The notes under the pieces were generated by a model. The model was given only the letters and a program-made list of their open reading frames with translations. It ran no database searches and was not told where the DNA came from. A program made the translations under genes and the position numbers. 64,000 bases of DNA from an uncultured delta proteobacterium (GTDB lineage Bacteria; Myxococcota; Kuafuiibacteriia; Kuafuiibacteriales; Kuafuiibacteriaceae): NCBI GenBank assembly GCA_963803435.1, contig CAWDML010000001.1, forward strand, positions 1,792,001-1,856,000. Direction: 5' to 3'. Of this stretch, positions 1 through 9,133 are shown one piece after another (position 1 is the first letter of the stretch; each line of letters starts with the position of its first letter).

Positions 1-2
1 TC

Positions 3-776
3 GGCCTGTTCGCGATCGGCCTTGCGCTCAGCGGCGTCGTCAACGTCGAGCTCATGACGGTCCTCCCGGAGACGTCGCTCGGGGCGAAGCTGGCGATCCA
101 GAGCATGATCGGCACGGTGATGGGCTACCTCCTCGCCGTCTTCAACCCGTACTTCAACGACAAGATGAGCAACCAGTCGCGCGCCCTCAACTACAAGATC
201 CTGAACGGGATGATGTCGCTCCTCGGCGAGGAGCAGACCGAGCGCGAGAAGGAGCACGCGATCGAGAGCTCCGTCCAGGCGCAGCTCGGCGAGGTCTACA
301 TCGCGCAGCAGGCGGTCGACGGGCGGGTCCAGGGCGTGCTCGGCCTGATGATCGGGTTCTGCTCCTTCATCGGAGAGTCCTTCTACAAGGCGCGCTACAT
401 CCTCGACGACACCAGCAACGAGCGGAGGATGGAGGACGCCTGCGATCTCATGGCCGGGATCTTCGTGACCTCGCGGCTGGTCTTCTACGCGCTCAAGCCC
501 GAGTTCAGGGAGCTCTTCGACGCGTACATCTACTCGGTGCTCCAGCCGACGCTCCGCAAGCACTCCAGCGTCCACGGTGGCGAGATGTTCGATCTGATCA
601 TGGGGCGGATCCGCGACTCGAAGCCGACACCCTCGGAGGAGACGATCCGGAAGTACTACGAGCCGTTCGTTCGGGGCGCCCTCGGGCTCGATCAACCGGG
701 CGATACCCGGGACCTCCTCGCAGAGGTGAAGGATCTCCTCCGTGCGGAGGGCTCGGAGGGCGCGCTGCCGTCTTGA
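3..776 (+). CDS. Hypothetical membrane protein, 5'-partial
   Basis: Frame is open from the window start (GLFAIGLALSGVVNVELMTVLPE...), with hydrophobic segments, GC-rich codon usage and a TGA stop at 776. Confidence 0.7.
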   Translation, partial: GLFAIGLALSGVVNVELMTVLPETSLGAKLAIQSMIGTVMGYLLAVFNPYFNDKMSNQSRALNYKILNGMMSLLGEEQTEREKEHAIESSVQAQLGEVYIAQQAVDGRVQGVLGLMIGFCSFIGESFYKARYILDDTSNERRMEDACDLMAGIFVTSRLVFYALKPEFRELFDAYIYSVLQPTLRKHSSVHGGEMFDLIMGRIRDSKPTPSEETIRKYYEPFVRGALGLDQPGDTRDLLAEVKDLLRAEGSEGALPS

Positions 777-810
777 CGCCGTCCCGTCGGCCACCGATGG
801 TCACGGCACG

Positions 811-1401
811 ATGCGAACGGCATTCTCCTTGTCGCTTCTCCTGATCGCGTGCGACTCGACTCCGACGCCGGAAGCCCCTCCGGCGCCGCCGCCGGCATCG
901 GTCGCGCCCACCGCGCCGCCGCCCTCGGCAGAGCCGCCCCCCGCGACCCCCGAGCCGCCCCCGGCCCCGCCGGTGGCGCCGCCCTCCTCCGATGCCTTCA
1001 CCCAGGCGATGGACCGCGCCTTCGCCGCCAGCGCCAAGAACGACGCACCCGGCGCAGCCGCGGGCTTCGAGAAGGCCCTCGAGCTCCGCCCGAAGGACGC
1101 GAACGCGCTGGCTGGTCTGGCCGAGGCCCAGTTCGCGCAGAACCAGCAGGCCGCGGCCGTCTCCAACGCGGAGAAGGCCTGGGCCGCCAACCCCAAGGAT
1201 CCGCAGGTGCGCTGGACGTTCGGCCTGATCATGCTGGCCAACAAGAAGCGGACGGCGGAGGCCATCGAGGCCTGGAAGGCGCTGGCCCGGGAGAACTCAG
1301 GCTACGCGGAGCGCCTCGGGATCCCAGCTCGGCTCGAGGCCATCGAGAGGTTCACGAAGGATCCGAACCACGGCAAGGCCCCGACCAAGGCGGCGCACTG
1401 A
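811..1401 (+). CDS. TPR-repeat lipoprotein with Pro-rich linker
   Basis: Lipobox LLIAC, Pro/Ala linker, TPR-like helices (FEKALELRPKDANALAGLAEA). Confidence 0.75.
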   Translation: MRTAFSLSLLLIACDSTPTPEAPPAPPPASVAPTAPPPSAEPPPATPEPPPAPPVAPPSSDAFTQAMDRAFAASAKNDAPGAAAGFEKALELRPKDANALAGLAEAQFAQNQQAAAVSNAEKAWAANPKDPQVRWTFGLIMLANKKRTAEAIEAWKALARENSGYAERLGIPARLEAIERFTKDPNHGKAPTKAAH

Positions 1402-1407
1402 GAGCGA

Positions 1408-2094
1408 TCAGAGCGCGCTGACCGCCACCGAGCGGGCCAGGTTCGACCGGACCTTCGAGGCTTGATCGGCGCCCGAGAAGTCCATCCCCTCGAACCAGAC
1501 CGGATAGCGCGTCCCGATCACCAGCGACGCGGACAGACGCTCGGCGTCCAGCACCAGCCGCTCGGGGAGATCGACCTCGGCCGAGACACCACCCTCTACG
1601 TCGATGGTGAACGGTTCCATCTGGCCGCTGGGCGTCCTCTGCTCGCCGGAGATCCGGGCGGTGATCGCGGACTCAGCGATCGGCGCGAGCTCGACCCGCA
1701 CGCTGCAGTAGTCGCCGGGCGCCTGGCGAAGCTCGCTGATCGGCACCGGGCTCTCGTCGGGCCAGGCGAGCGTGTCCACACCCCTGACCGCCGGGATGAA
1801 CTCGTGGGCCAGCGCCGTCGCCTCCGGCACCACCAGCTCGCGGATGGCCCGCGTCAAGATCGCCTCGCTGCACGACACCAGCTCGATCGCGCGCACCGCC
1901 ACGAACCCATCCTCGAGGCGGATGGAGTGGCCCCGGTCGTTCATGAAGGTCCGCGCGTCCTCGCCGACCGCGACGTCGACGCCGCCCGGTCCGTGCTGGA
2001 GGTAGAGCGAGACCACGATCCCCTCGTCGTAGGACGAGCACCCGCCGAGCAGGCCGGCGGCGAGACCGGCGAGAAGCACCCGCTCAGAAGTCAT
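1408..2094 (-). CDS. Hypothetical lipoprotein, partner of the upstream outer-membrane protein
   Basis: MTSERVLLAGLAAGLLGGC lipobox; the start overlaps the 3' end of the upstream gene; contains ALAHE and PGDYC. Confidence 0.7.
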   Translation of the reverse strand: MTSERVLLAGLAAGLLGGCSSYDEGIVVSLYLQHGPGGVDVAVGEDARTFMNDRGHSIRLEDGFVAVRAIELVSCSEAILTRAIRELVVPEATALAHEFIPAVRGVDTLAWPDESPVPISELRQAPGDYCSVRVELAPIAESAITARISGEQRTPSGQMEPFTIDVEGGVSAEVDLPERLVLDAERLSASLVIGTRYPVWFEGMDFSGADQASKVRSNLARSVAVSAL

Positions 2095-2974
2095 AGACGA
2101 CCCCCACCTCGGCGGTCGGATGCTCCTCTTGCACGCCATTGAGAGCGCGGAGCACCGGCACGCCCACGGACGCGTGCACCACCAGATCCTCGAGCGGGCT
2201 GAGGACCAACGCGGGCGCGAGGAACGCGATGAAGCCGCCCGAGTCGGGATCGAGGCGGCCGCCGTCCTCGCTCCGGGCCGCCCATCGGCCGTCCACGCCG
2301 AGCCTCAGTGCGAGCCACGACCACGGCTGCAGCTGCGCGAAGGCGCTGGCGAGGACGGTGGTGCCAACGCGCGCGTCGAAGCGTCCCCGGATGGGAAGGA
2401 CCACCGTCGTGCTCGCATAGAGCGAGACGGGATCGTCGAAGTACGCGTAGGAGAGCCCGGCGAGCGGCTGGACGCTCCCGGTGCCGGCCTGCGCCTCCAG
2501 CGGAAGCCGCTCGCCCGTCGGTCGCTCGGCCGCCGGAGCGCTGGGGAGGACGGCGCCGCCGTGGACCGCCAGCAGGTGGCGCGGGTTGAAGGTGCGATCC
2601 TCGAACAGAAAGGCGCGGGCGCGCAGCTCCGCGTCGCCGAGCGTCATCACCTCGCTCCGGGCGAGGTTGACGAGCGTGGCGCGGCGCAGGACCAGCGGGA
2701 TCGAGGCCTCGATCACCAGGTCGTCGAGGACGCTGAGCGAGACCCCGAGATCTGCGCGATCCTCGTCGGCGCGAACCGCGTCGACGCCGGTCGTGCCGGA
2801 GACGCTCGAGCGGTGACGGTAGAGCATCGAGGCGCGCAAGCGCCCAGCGAAGGGCTTCCCGGCACCGATGGTGGTGATGGTCGGATCGCCGCACGCGCAG
2901 GAGGCGCAGGCGGAGACCGGGCGGGGCGCAGCGAGCCCGATCGCGATCGACACTGCCGGCAGCACTCCGCGCAC
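2084..2974 (-). CDS. Outer-membrane beta-barrel 'transporter' family protein with N-terminal CxxCxC
   Basis: Signal peptide then ACASCACGD; GDAELRAR and QAGTGS motifs; C-terminal aromatic residue (VVYDF). GTG start inferred. Confidence 0.65.
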   Translation of the reverse strand: MRGVLPAVSIAIGLAAPRPVSACASCACGDPTITTIGAGKPFAGRLRASMLYRHRSSVSGTTGVDAVRADEDRADLGVSLSVLDDLVIEASIPLVLRRATLVNLARSEVMTLGDAELRARAFLFEDRTFNPRHLLAVHGGAVLPSAPAAERPTGERLPLEAQAGTGSVQPLAGLSYAYFDDPVSLYASTTVVLPIRGRFDARVGTTVLASAFAQLQPWSWLALRLGVDGRWAARSEDGGRLDPDSGGFIAFLAPALVLSPLEDLVVHASVGVPVLRALNGVQEEHPTAEVGVVYDF

Positions 2975-3057
2975 GTTCGAGATGTCTCTCGATCGCCGGC
3001 CAAAGAAAACCGAGCAATTCGCCGCGCGTCGATTCGTCGCAGCGTACGGGCAGGTTG

Positions 3058-3082
3058 GGGGTGCGACAAATGAGCGCACCCC
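3058..3082. promoter_or_regulatory. Palindromic operator-like box, RegA/RegR-like, copy 1
   Basis: GGGGTGCGACAAATGAGCGCACCCC; matches the reverse complement of 59526-59549 at 23 of 24 positions. Confidence 0.5.
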
Positions 3083-3099
3083 ACCCGCGACGACGGTGC

Positions 3100-3678
3100 T
3101 CAGCGGGCCGACAAGAAATGCAGGCTCTGATCGAAGGGGCTGTAATAGGAGTCCCGCGCGCGCAGGTACGGGTAGGCATAGTCGGGCCCGTCGTACTCGT
3201 CGAACCGCGTGCGCTCGGCGTAGACCTGCCCCTCCCCCTCGACGCTCCAGCCGATGACGAACGTGTCGAGCTGTTTCGGAGACACGCCGGGCGGCATGAA
3301 CGCGCGCAGCGCCAGCACTCCCGTGCCCCCGGGCGGGACCGTCGTCGAGCCGTAGATGATCGCGAAAGCGTGCGTCCGAATGCGCCGGTTTCGCGCGCGA
3401 ACCTCGAGGGCGCCCGGGACGATCTCGAGGGCGTGATCGGTCGCGTTGTCCAGCTGGAAGGCCCAGTAGAGCGCGGTCCGCGGGCGGCCCTGGTCGACGA
3501 TCCGGGTGCCGTTGCTCCACAGGGCCATCTCCCCCAGGCGCCGTCCCTCCACGACGACCTGGTACCCCGCCACCAGGTACCCGTCCGGCGACCAACCGCT
3601 CACGCGTTCGGCCGGAACGAAGCTCTTCGGGAGCGCACAACCCAGGAGACCGAGGAGCCAGAGTCGAGAGCTCTTCAT
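3100..3678 (-). CDS. Hypothetical lipoprotein
   Basis: MKSSRLWLLGLLGC lipobox; Tyr/Pro-rich tail. Confidence 0.65.
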   Translation of the reverse strand: MKSSRLWLLGLLGCALPKSFVPAERVSGWSPDGYLVAGYQVVVEGRRLGEMALWSNGTRIVDQGRPRTALYWAFQLDNATDHALEIVPGALEVRARNRRIRTHAFAIIYGSTTVPPGGTGVLALRAFMPPGVSPKQLDTFVIGWSVEGEGQVYAERTRFDEYDGPDYAYPYLRARDSYYSPFDQSLHFLSAR

Positions 3679-3778
3679 CCGTGAGATCGGGTGCAATACG
3701 AGTGCCGCGATCGCCGGCGCACGTCCGGCGCGATCATCCTGCCGCGAGGAGCGGCCGCTGATTCGCCAGCGAAGAACG

Positions 3779-5068
3779 TTATCGGGAGGCCACAGTCTCG
3801 GTTGCCCGAAACGCCCTCCGCCAGCCGGGGACCGCCTTGCCGAACAGGTGCGGGACGAGATCCTTCTGGACCCAGCGCCGATCGCCCGGGTCGAGCGTGA
3901 AGCTGCGCTTCTCGACCCAGCTGCACAGCGCCTCGCCCGTGATTGGCCCGCCGCTCTCCGACAGCCGGCGCACCGCCCGAAACAGCGCGGCGCGCCGCGC
4001 GACCGAACCGAGCAGCCGGCGCTGCAGCGGGTCGTGCCACATCGCTTCGGGGTGCCACTGCACCGTGAACGCCTTCCAGCTCTCGGTCGCCTCGATCAGG
4101 CGGCAACCCGTCTCCGGATCCTCCGAGTATCCGACCACGTCGAAGTCGTTACCTGCCTTCGCGACCCCCTGATGGCGGAACGCGTTCGTGAGGAAGTCGG
4201 TCTGTCGCGTGACGTCGGCCATCCGGCTCCGCGGGTCGAGATGGACGCGGTTCTCGAAGATGATCCTTCCGCTCGGATCCCGGATCACCAGCGGTTGATC
4301 GCGCGGGATGCCGAGCTCCTTCTGTCTGCGCGTCATCCGGGTGAGCTTCGCCGCCTGGAGGTCCTGGACCAACTCACCATCGTCGGCGGCGTTCCAGAGC
4401 TGATGCGATCGGCAAATGCCGAACATGAAGAGGTCCTCGCTCTTGGCGAGCAGCGTCAGGTCGGCCTCGAACCGATCGCGACGCAGATTCGGAGAGCGCG
4501 AGTGCGTGTTGGGCTGGTGATAGATCGCGGGGTCGATGTCCTCGCCACCCGGGCCGATCAGGCCGTCGAGCGAGCTCAGCAGGGCGCGCATCCCGCGGAC
4601 CCGGCCGGCCGGATCCTCGGGCATCAACAGATCCGCGCAGGGCGGGATCAACACGACGCGACAGCCGAGCTCACGCATCTCGGCGCAGAGCTGGTCGACG
4701 CCGTCCTCTCCGTGGAAGACCGGCGGGCCGCTGAGGACGATTCCGACCACCGGCTGATCCGGATCGGGCTCGGGGCTCTTCTCCAGCGCGATCCCGCGCA
4801 GCCCCTCGATCGCCTCCGCGGGGAAGATGCCGCTGGCCTCCAGGCGCTCGAGGTACGCTTCGAACGAACCGTGGAGCAGGAGGTCGGCGCCCAGGCCCGC
4901 GATCCGGACCGACTGCACCGGGGGATCGGACGGCCGGGTCGCTGGGGCGATCCTGCGAACGTGCCGGCTCTCGGCGGCGCGTTTGCCGAGCGCGCCGCGA
5001 AGCGCGGGCAGCGCAGGCAGCGGGAGGGGAACGCCGCCGAGCAGCGCCTTCGAGCAGCGGCGGAGCAT
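3779..5068 (-). CDS. Gamma-glutamyl-gamma-aminobutyrate hydrolase family (peptidase C26, class I glutamine amidotransferase)
   Basis: LDGLIGPGGEDIDP, RDRFE, nucleophile motif FGICRSHQLWN, VQWHPE. Start uncertain. Confidence 0.85.
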   Translation of the reverse strand: MLRRCSKALLGGVPLPLPALPALRGALGKRAAESRHVRRIAPATRPSDPPVQSVRIAGLGADLLLHGSFEAYLERLEASGIFPAEAIEGLRGIALEKSPEPDPDQPVVGIVLSGPPVFHGEDGVDQLCAEMRELGCRVVLIPPCADLLMPEDPAGRVRGMRALLSSLDGLIGPGGEDIDPAIYHQPNTHSRSPNLRRDRFEADLTLLAKSEDLFMFGICRSHQLWNAADDGELVQDLQAAKLTRMTRRQKELGIPRDQPLVIRDPSGRIIFENRVHLDPRSRMADVTRQTDFLTNAFRHQGVAKAGNDFDVVGYSEDPETGCRLIEATESWKAFTVQWHPEAMWHDPLQRRLLGSVARRAALFRAVRRLSESGGPITGEALCSWVEKRSFTLDPGDRRWVQKDLVPHLFGKAVPGWRRAFRATETVASR

Positions 5069-5082
5069 CGCGTGCGCCCCGC

Positions 5083-6021
5083 TTATCGGTCTGGATGTGA
5101 CGTTTGTTTCTCCGTCGATCGACGGACCTCGGCGTCGAAGCAGAAGTGATTGACGCCGGCGTCGGGCGTCGAGACCGCGAACGTGACCGTGGCGGTTCCA
5201 GTCGTCGCGGTTTGCACCATGAAAGGACGAAACGTGTCCTCGAGCTCGAAGGTGAAACGCTGCGGTGGGCCGTCGCCGATCGAAACGTCGAGGTGCACCG
5301 GCGCGCGCGCGTTGAGGCTCGAATTCTGGGTGTGGCCGGCACGACCATAGATCACGCCGCCGAGCGGGACGTTCGGATACGCGATCACGAGTCGGCCCTG
5401 CGGCGGCGGATGTGCCCAAAGACAGTGGCGGAGCTGATCACCCATGCGGTGCCACTCGGGCGCCACGTAGAACCACTCGCGATCGTAGGGGCACGCCCAG
5501 CGCCCTTCGTCGCCGCCCTGGCCGTTCTGCTTCGTCCACTCGGCGCATGCCGTGTTGCCGTCCGGCTTCTCGTGGTGGACCCGACCCGACGCCAGGTGAT
5601 CCCGAAACGAGTAGACGGTCAGGGCGTCCGCCCAGGTCCGGTACAGATCGATGGTGATCCCCGGCGCCGGCGACATCGTCTTCTCCAGGGCGTTTCCGGC
5701 CGCCTCCATCCGGGGGCGCAGCGACTCGGCTGCCCCAAACATGCCGAAGACCCACGCGCGGGGATGGACGGCGAAGTCCTCGAGCAGCGGATCCTCGACG
5801 GTCAGAGGCTCCAGATCGCCGAGCCACTGCCGCGGGCGGGTCGCGTACCTGGGAAGGATGAAGATCAGATCGCCGGGCCGCGCCTCGGCGCGCAGCTGGA
5901 GCGCAGCCGTCTCGATCGCCTCCGGCGGCGGGCCCCGATCGTCGAGCAGCCAGAAGCCGATCCCGTAGAGCCCGGTCGCCAGCAGCACGACCAGCGACAG
6001 CGCGGCGCCCACTCTGCCCAC
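5083..6021 (-). CDS. Hypothetical membrane-anchored protein
   Basis: N-terminal TM helix; Cys/Trp-rich domain (CLWAHPP, NHFCFDA). Confidence 0.7.
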   Translation of the reverse strand: MGRVGAALSLVVLLATGLYGIGFWLLDDRGPPPEAIETAALQLRAEARPGDLIFILPRYATRPRQWLGDLEPLTVEDPLLEDFAVHPRAWVFGMFGAAESLRPRMEAAGNALEKTMSPAPGITIDLYRTWADALTVYSFRDHLASGRVHHEKPDGNTACAEWTKQNGQGGDEGRWACPYDREWFYVAPEWHRMGDQLRHCLWAHPPPQGRLVIAYPNVPLGGVIYGRAGHTQNSSLNARAPVHLDVSIGDGPPQRFTFELEDTFRPFMVQTATTGTATVTFAVSTPDAGVNHFCFDAEVRRSTEKQTSHPDR

Positions 6022-6204
6022 GGCGCGCCGACCGTACTACGGCGCCGCCTCCAGGACGACGCTTCTGTTTGCGCGCGCATCAACGAGGAGGAGCTCCGCC
6101 GGCACGACCACTTCCCGATCCTCCTGCTGCGCCGAAATGGAGGCTCGGCAAGGTGTCCCGCCTGGGAGGAACGGAGCCCTCCCTCGTTCATGCGCGCGCC
6201 GGGC

Positions 6205-6831
6205 TCACTGCTGCTCGATGCTGGCGGCCCCGGAGAGGTCGGTCTTCACCTCGCTCGGATTGCCCCAGTACTTCAGCTCGCCCGCGCCCGAGAGGTCCGC
6301 GATGAGCGTGTGCTCGGCGTGGACCGAGAAGTCGGAGGCCCCGCTCCCATCGACCTCCACCCGGCCGGCAATCAGCTTCTGTGCGTCCACCGTGGACGCG
6401 CCCGAGGCGTCGATGACGAAGACGTCGACCTCGCCGGCGAGCACGACCTCGGCGGCGCCGGAGAGATCGAGCGCGAAGCGGGAGCCCGTCAGGCCGGAGA
6501 TCCGGGCCTTGGTCGCGCCGCTCGAGTCGAGGCTGGTCAGGCTCGGGGTGGTGATGCGGACCTGTAGCTTGGTGGGATCGATGTCCTCGGTCTGGCGGAT
6601 GACCAGCTTCTTCCCGCGCACGTCGGTGGCAACGTACTTCTGGAGGTTGTCGTCCGTCTCCACCACGACGGTGGGCTCGTCGGCGATCTCCACCACCACC
6701 TGGATCGCCCCGCTGACGTCAATCTGATCGAAGGTCTCGACCTTCCGATGCTCCGCCACGACCTTGCCGGAGCCATCGTGGCTGAAGCAGGCGAAGCCGA
6801 CGGGGAGGAGGAGGAGGGGCAGGAGCTTCAT
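6205..6831 (-). CDS. DUF2807 / head GIN domain lipoprotein
   Basis: GSGKVVAEHR, FDQIDVSGA, VETDDNL, repeated SGA units, YWGNP. Confidence 0.85.
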   Translation of the reverse strand: MKLLPLLLLPVGFACFSHDGSGKVVAEHRKVETFDQIDVSGAIQVVVEIADEPTVVVETDDNLQKYVATDVRGKKLVIRQTEDIDPTKLQVRITTPSLTSLDSSGATKARISGLTGSRFALDLSGAAEVVLAGEVDVFVIDASGASTVDAQKLIAGRVEVDGSGASDFSVHAEHTLIADLSGAGELKYWGNPSEVKTDLSGAASIEQQ

Positions 6832-8380
6832 GGGGAGCGACCTCAGCAATCGCCGTACCAGCCCCGTGACCACACCCGGAGCCGGTCGACCGCAAGCGCG
6901 CTCCTGCACGTCCGCAGGCGGCACGCTGCGCCCGTCGAATCTCGAGCGAGAATCCGAGCGAGGCATCCCAGTCGTCGACCGTGTCGAAGCCGCCCTCCCC
7001 GTTGGCCTGCCAGACGCGGAAGTAGCGGAGGTTGAGCGAGAACGCCCAGTAGATGGGGATGGTCGCCTGCGCGACGATGGCGGACTTGTCGTCGAGCTTG
7101 AAGAGGTCGCCCGGACCATCCACGTTCACGCGGTAGTAGAAGGCGGCCAGCTTGAGGAACGAGAGGGCGGGGACCTCGAGCGAGAGGCGCAGGGAGCCGT
7201 CCGGCTGGCCGCCGTCGTAGTCGATGTACTCGCCGCCGATCAGGAAGAACTGCGGCAGGCCCGCCACCAGATCGAAGAAGAAGCCGTTCTTGCCGGGCGG
7301 CGCCTGCGGGTTGCAGACGTTCGCGTCGAGCGAGTTGCACTCGAGCGAGTAGAACTTCGGGGGGGGATTGCGGCCGAACGTCAGGCGCTGGTAGCGCTCG
7401 ATCTCGTAGACGGTGTTGAAGTACGGGCCGAGATAGTCGCCCGAGACCCGGCGGTACTCGGTCCGGAGATCGAACGTGAGCGTGTCGATGCCGAGCGGGA
7501 AGTGCAGGCCCCAGAGCACGCCGGCGTGGAAGCCCCAGCCGTTGTCCACGCGGCTGATCTTGTTGAGATCGATGTACGGCGTGATCGACAGGTACTCGTT
7601 CGCCAGCAGATCGATGCCGATGTCGGTCCCGTACACGAACAGCGGGCGCGCGGCCGCCACCACCGGCACGTCGTCCTCGTCGGCCTGAGGGACGCCTTCG
7701 GAATCCGTCGCGATCTGAAACGGCGCCTTGTAGTCGGTGAAGAAGGAGACGCCGACGTGCAGCTTGTCCCAGAAGCCGTCGCCCAGGATCATCTGCAGCG
7801 GCCGCACGTACACGCGGCTCCCGATCACCCAGGGGTCCGTGACGTCGTTGATGACGACCTCGGCGCCCACCGCCCAGACGTTGAGCGCCGCGTTCACGCC
7901 CAGGTGCCAGCGGTTGAGGTCGAGCGTGTTGTAGTAGCGGTGCATGATCGTCCCGTGGCCGACCGTGGTGCTGGCGAGCTCACCGAGACGCACGTAGTAC
8001 GGGCCCTTCTTGTCCCACTGGCCCACGTAGACGTAGCGGATGATGCGGAAGTAGTCGGAGACCTGATCCCAGTCCTCGTGGCGGATGAAGCCCAGGTAGT
8101 CGTCGTTCTTCGGGTTGCGATCGATGATGCGCATCCGCACGGGCGTCTGGATGCCGAAGCCGAACTGCTCCCAGTCCATGTCCAGGCGCAGGTTCAGGTT
8201 GAGGAAGAAGTCCTCCTTGATCTGTCCGAACCCGAGCTCACCACCGAAGGTGCTGGGCGGCAGCTGCGACTTCTCCGAGGAGGCCAGCGTCTTCGCCTGA
8301 TCCGTGGTGAGCTGACCGAACGCCGGTCCGGCGGACGACAAGAGCGCGACACCGCCGACCAGGATCCCCAACCGACGCAT
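6719..8380 (-). CDS. Outer-membrane beta-barrel-like protein; true stop probably near 6935
   Basis: Signal peptide; EDWDQVSDYFRIIRYVYVG and GHGTIMHRYYN; barrel-like end (ASLGFSLEI) followed by an implausible tail that overlaps the next gene. Confidence 0.7.
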   Translation of the reverse strand: MRRLGILVGGVALLSSAGPAFGQLTTDQAKTLASSEKSQLPPSTFGGELGFGQIKEDFFLNLNLRLDMDWEQFGFGIQTPVRMRIIDRNPKNDDYLGFIRHEDWDQVSDYFRIIRYVYVGQWDKKGPYYVRLGELASTTVGHGTIMHRYYNTLDLNRWHLGVNAALNVWAVGAEVVINDVTDPWVIGSRVYVRPLQMILGDGFWDKLHVGVSFFTDYKAPFQIATDSEGVPQADEDDVPVVAAARPLFVYGTDIGIDLLANEYLSITPYIDLNKISRVDNGWGFHAGVLWGLHFPLGIDTLTFDLRTEYRRVSGDYLGPYFNTVYEIERYQRLTFGRNPPPKFYSLECNSLDANVCNPQAPPGKNGFFFDLVAGLPQFFLIGGEYIDYDGGQPDGSLRLSLEVPALSFLKLAAFYYRVNVDGPGDLFKLDDKSAIVAQATIPIYWAFSLNLRYFRVWQANGEGGFDTVDDWDASLGFSLEIRRAQRAACGRAGARLRSTGSGCGHGAGTAIAEVAPHEAPAPPPPPRRLRLLQPRWLRQGRGGASEGRDLRSD

Positions 8381-8578
8381 GGGGTTGAGCCTCAGGAACT
8401 TCGGAGATCGGGTCAACTTTTGCATCGGGGGCCCATCCTAGACGGAGGATCACGGCCTTTTGTCCCGTCGTGACCGCGCTCATGGGCGCGCGTGGGGACA
8501 AGGTCACGCCGGGTGCGAGCGGTCATCCGTATGTGGAACTTTGCGGGCCCGGGCGCCCGCCCCTTATGCTCGGGGGTG

Positions 8579-9130
8579 ATGCTTCGACTCCTCCCCTCCC
8601 TCGTGTTGGTGGCGCTCCTGGCGGGTCCCGCACACGCGGAGGACAAGAAGGCCAGCGAGGACGCGTCGTTCGCCAAGCGCTTGGCGGCGCTCAAGCAGAA
8701 GCAAGCGCTCCTGATCGTCCAGATGAAGCCGACGGACGATCCCGCGAGGATCCCGGAGGCAGCCCAGAGCGGGATGACGCTGGTGGCCCATCAGCGGATG
8801 GGGATCTACACCCCGCCCCTCCTCGATCCGAGCGACATCATGGCGGTCGTGAACCAGCACATGGCCGACGTCCGTCGCTGCTACAAGAAACAGCTCGCGG
8901 ACGATCCCGAGTGGTCCGAGGAGCTGATCCTGGATCTCGCGGTGAAGAAGACGGGCCGCGTGGCCGAGGTCTCCATCTCTCCCAGCCGCGTCAAGCGCGA
9001 CGTCATCGGCCAGTGCTTGATGAGCTCGATCCCGAAGTGGAAGTTCCCGGAGTTCACGGGCGAGACGGACGACGGCGTGACCCAGGAGGTCGTGAACGCC
9101 AGCTTCCCCTTCAGCTTCTCGGTGAAGTAG
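8579..9130 (+). CDS. Secreted protein with AgmX/PglI C-terminal (TonB-C-like) domain
   Basis: Signal peptide; IMAVV...VRRCYKKQL...P, KTGRV, CLMSSIPKWKFP, FPFSF. Confidence 0.8.
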   Translation: MLRLLPSLVLVALLAGPAHAEDKKASEDASFAKRLAALKQKQALLIVQMKPTDDPARIPEAAQSGMTLVAHQRMGIYTPPLLDPSDIMAVVNQHMADVRRCYKKQLADDPEWSEELILDLAVKKTGRVAEVSISPSRVKRDVIGQCLMSSIPKWKFPEFTGETDDGVTQEVVNASFPFSFSVK

Positions 9131-9133
9131 CCG

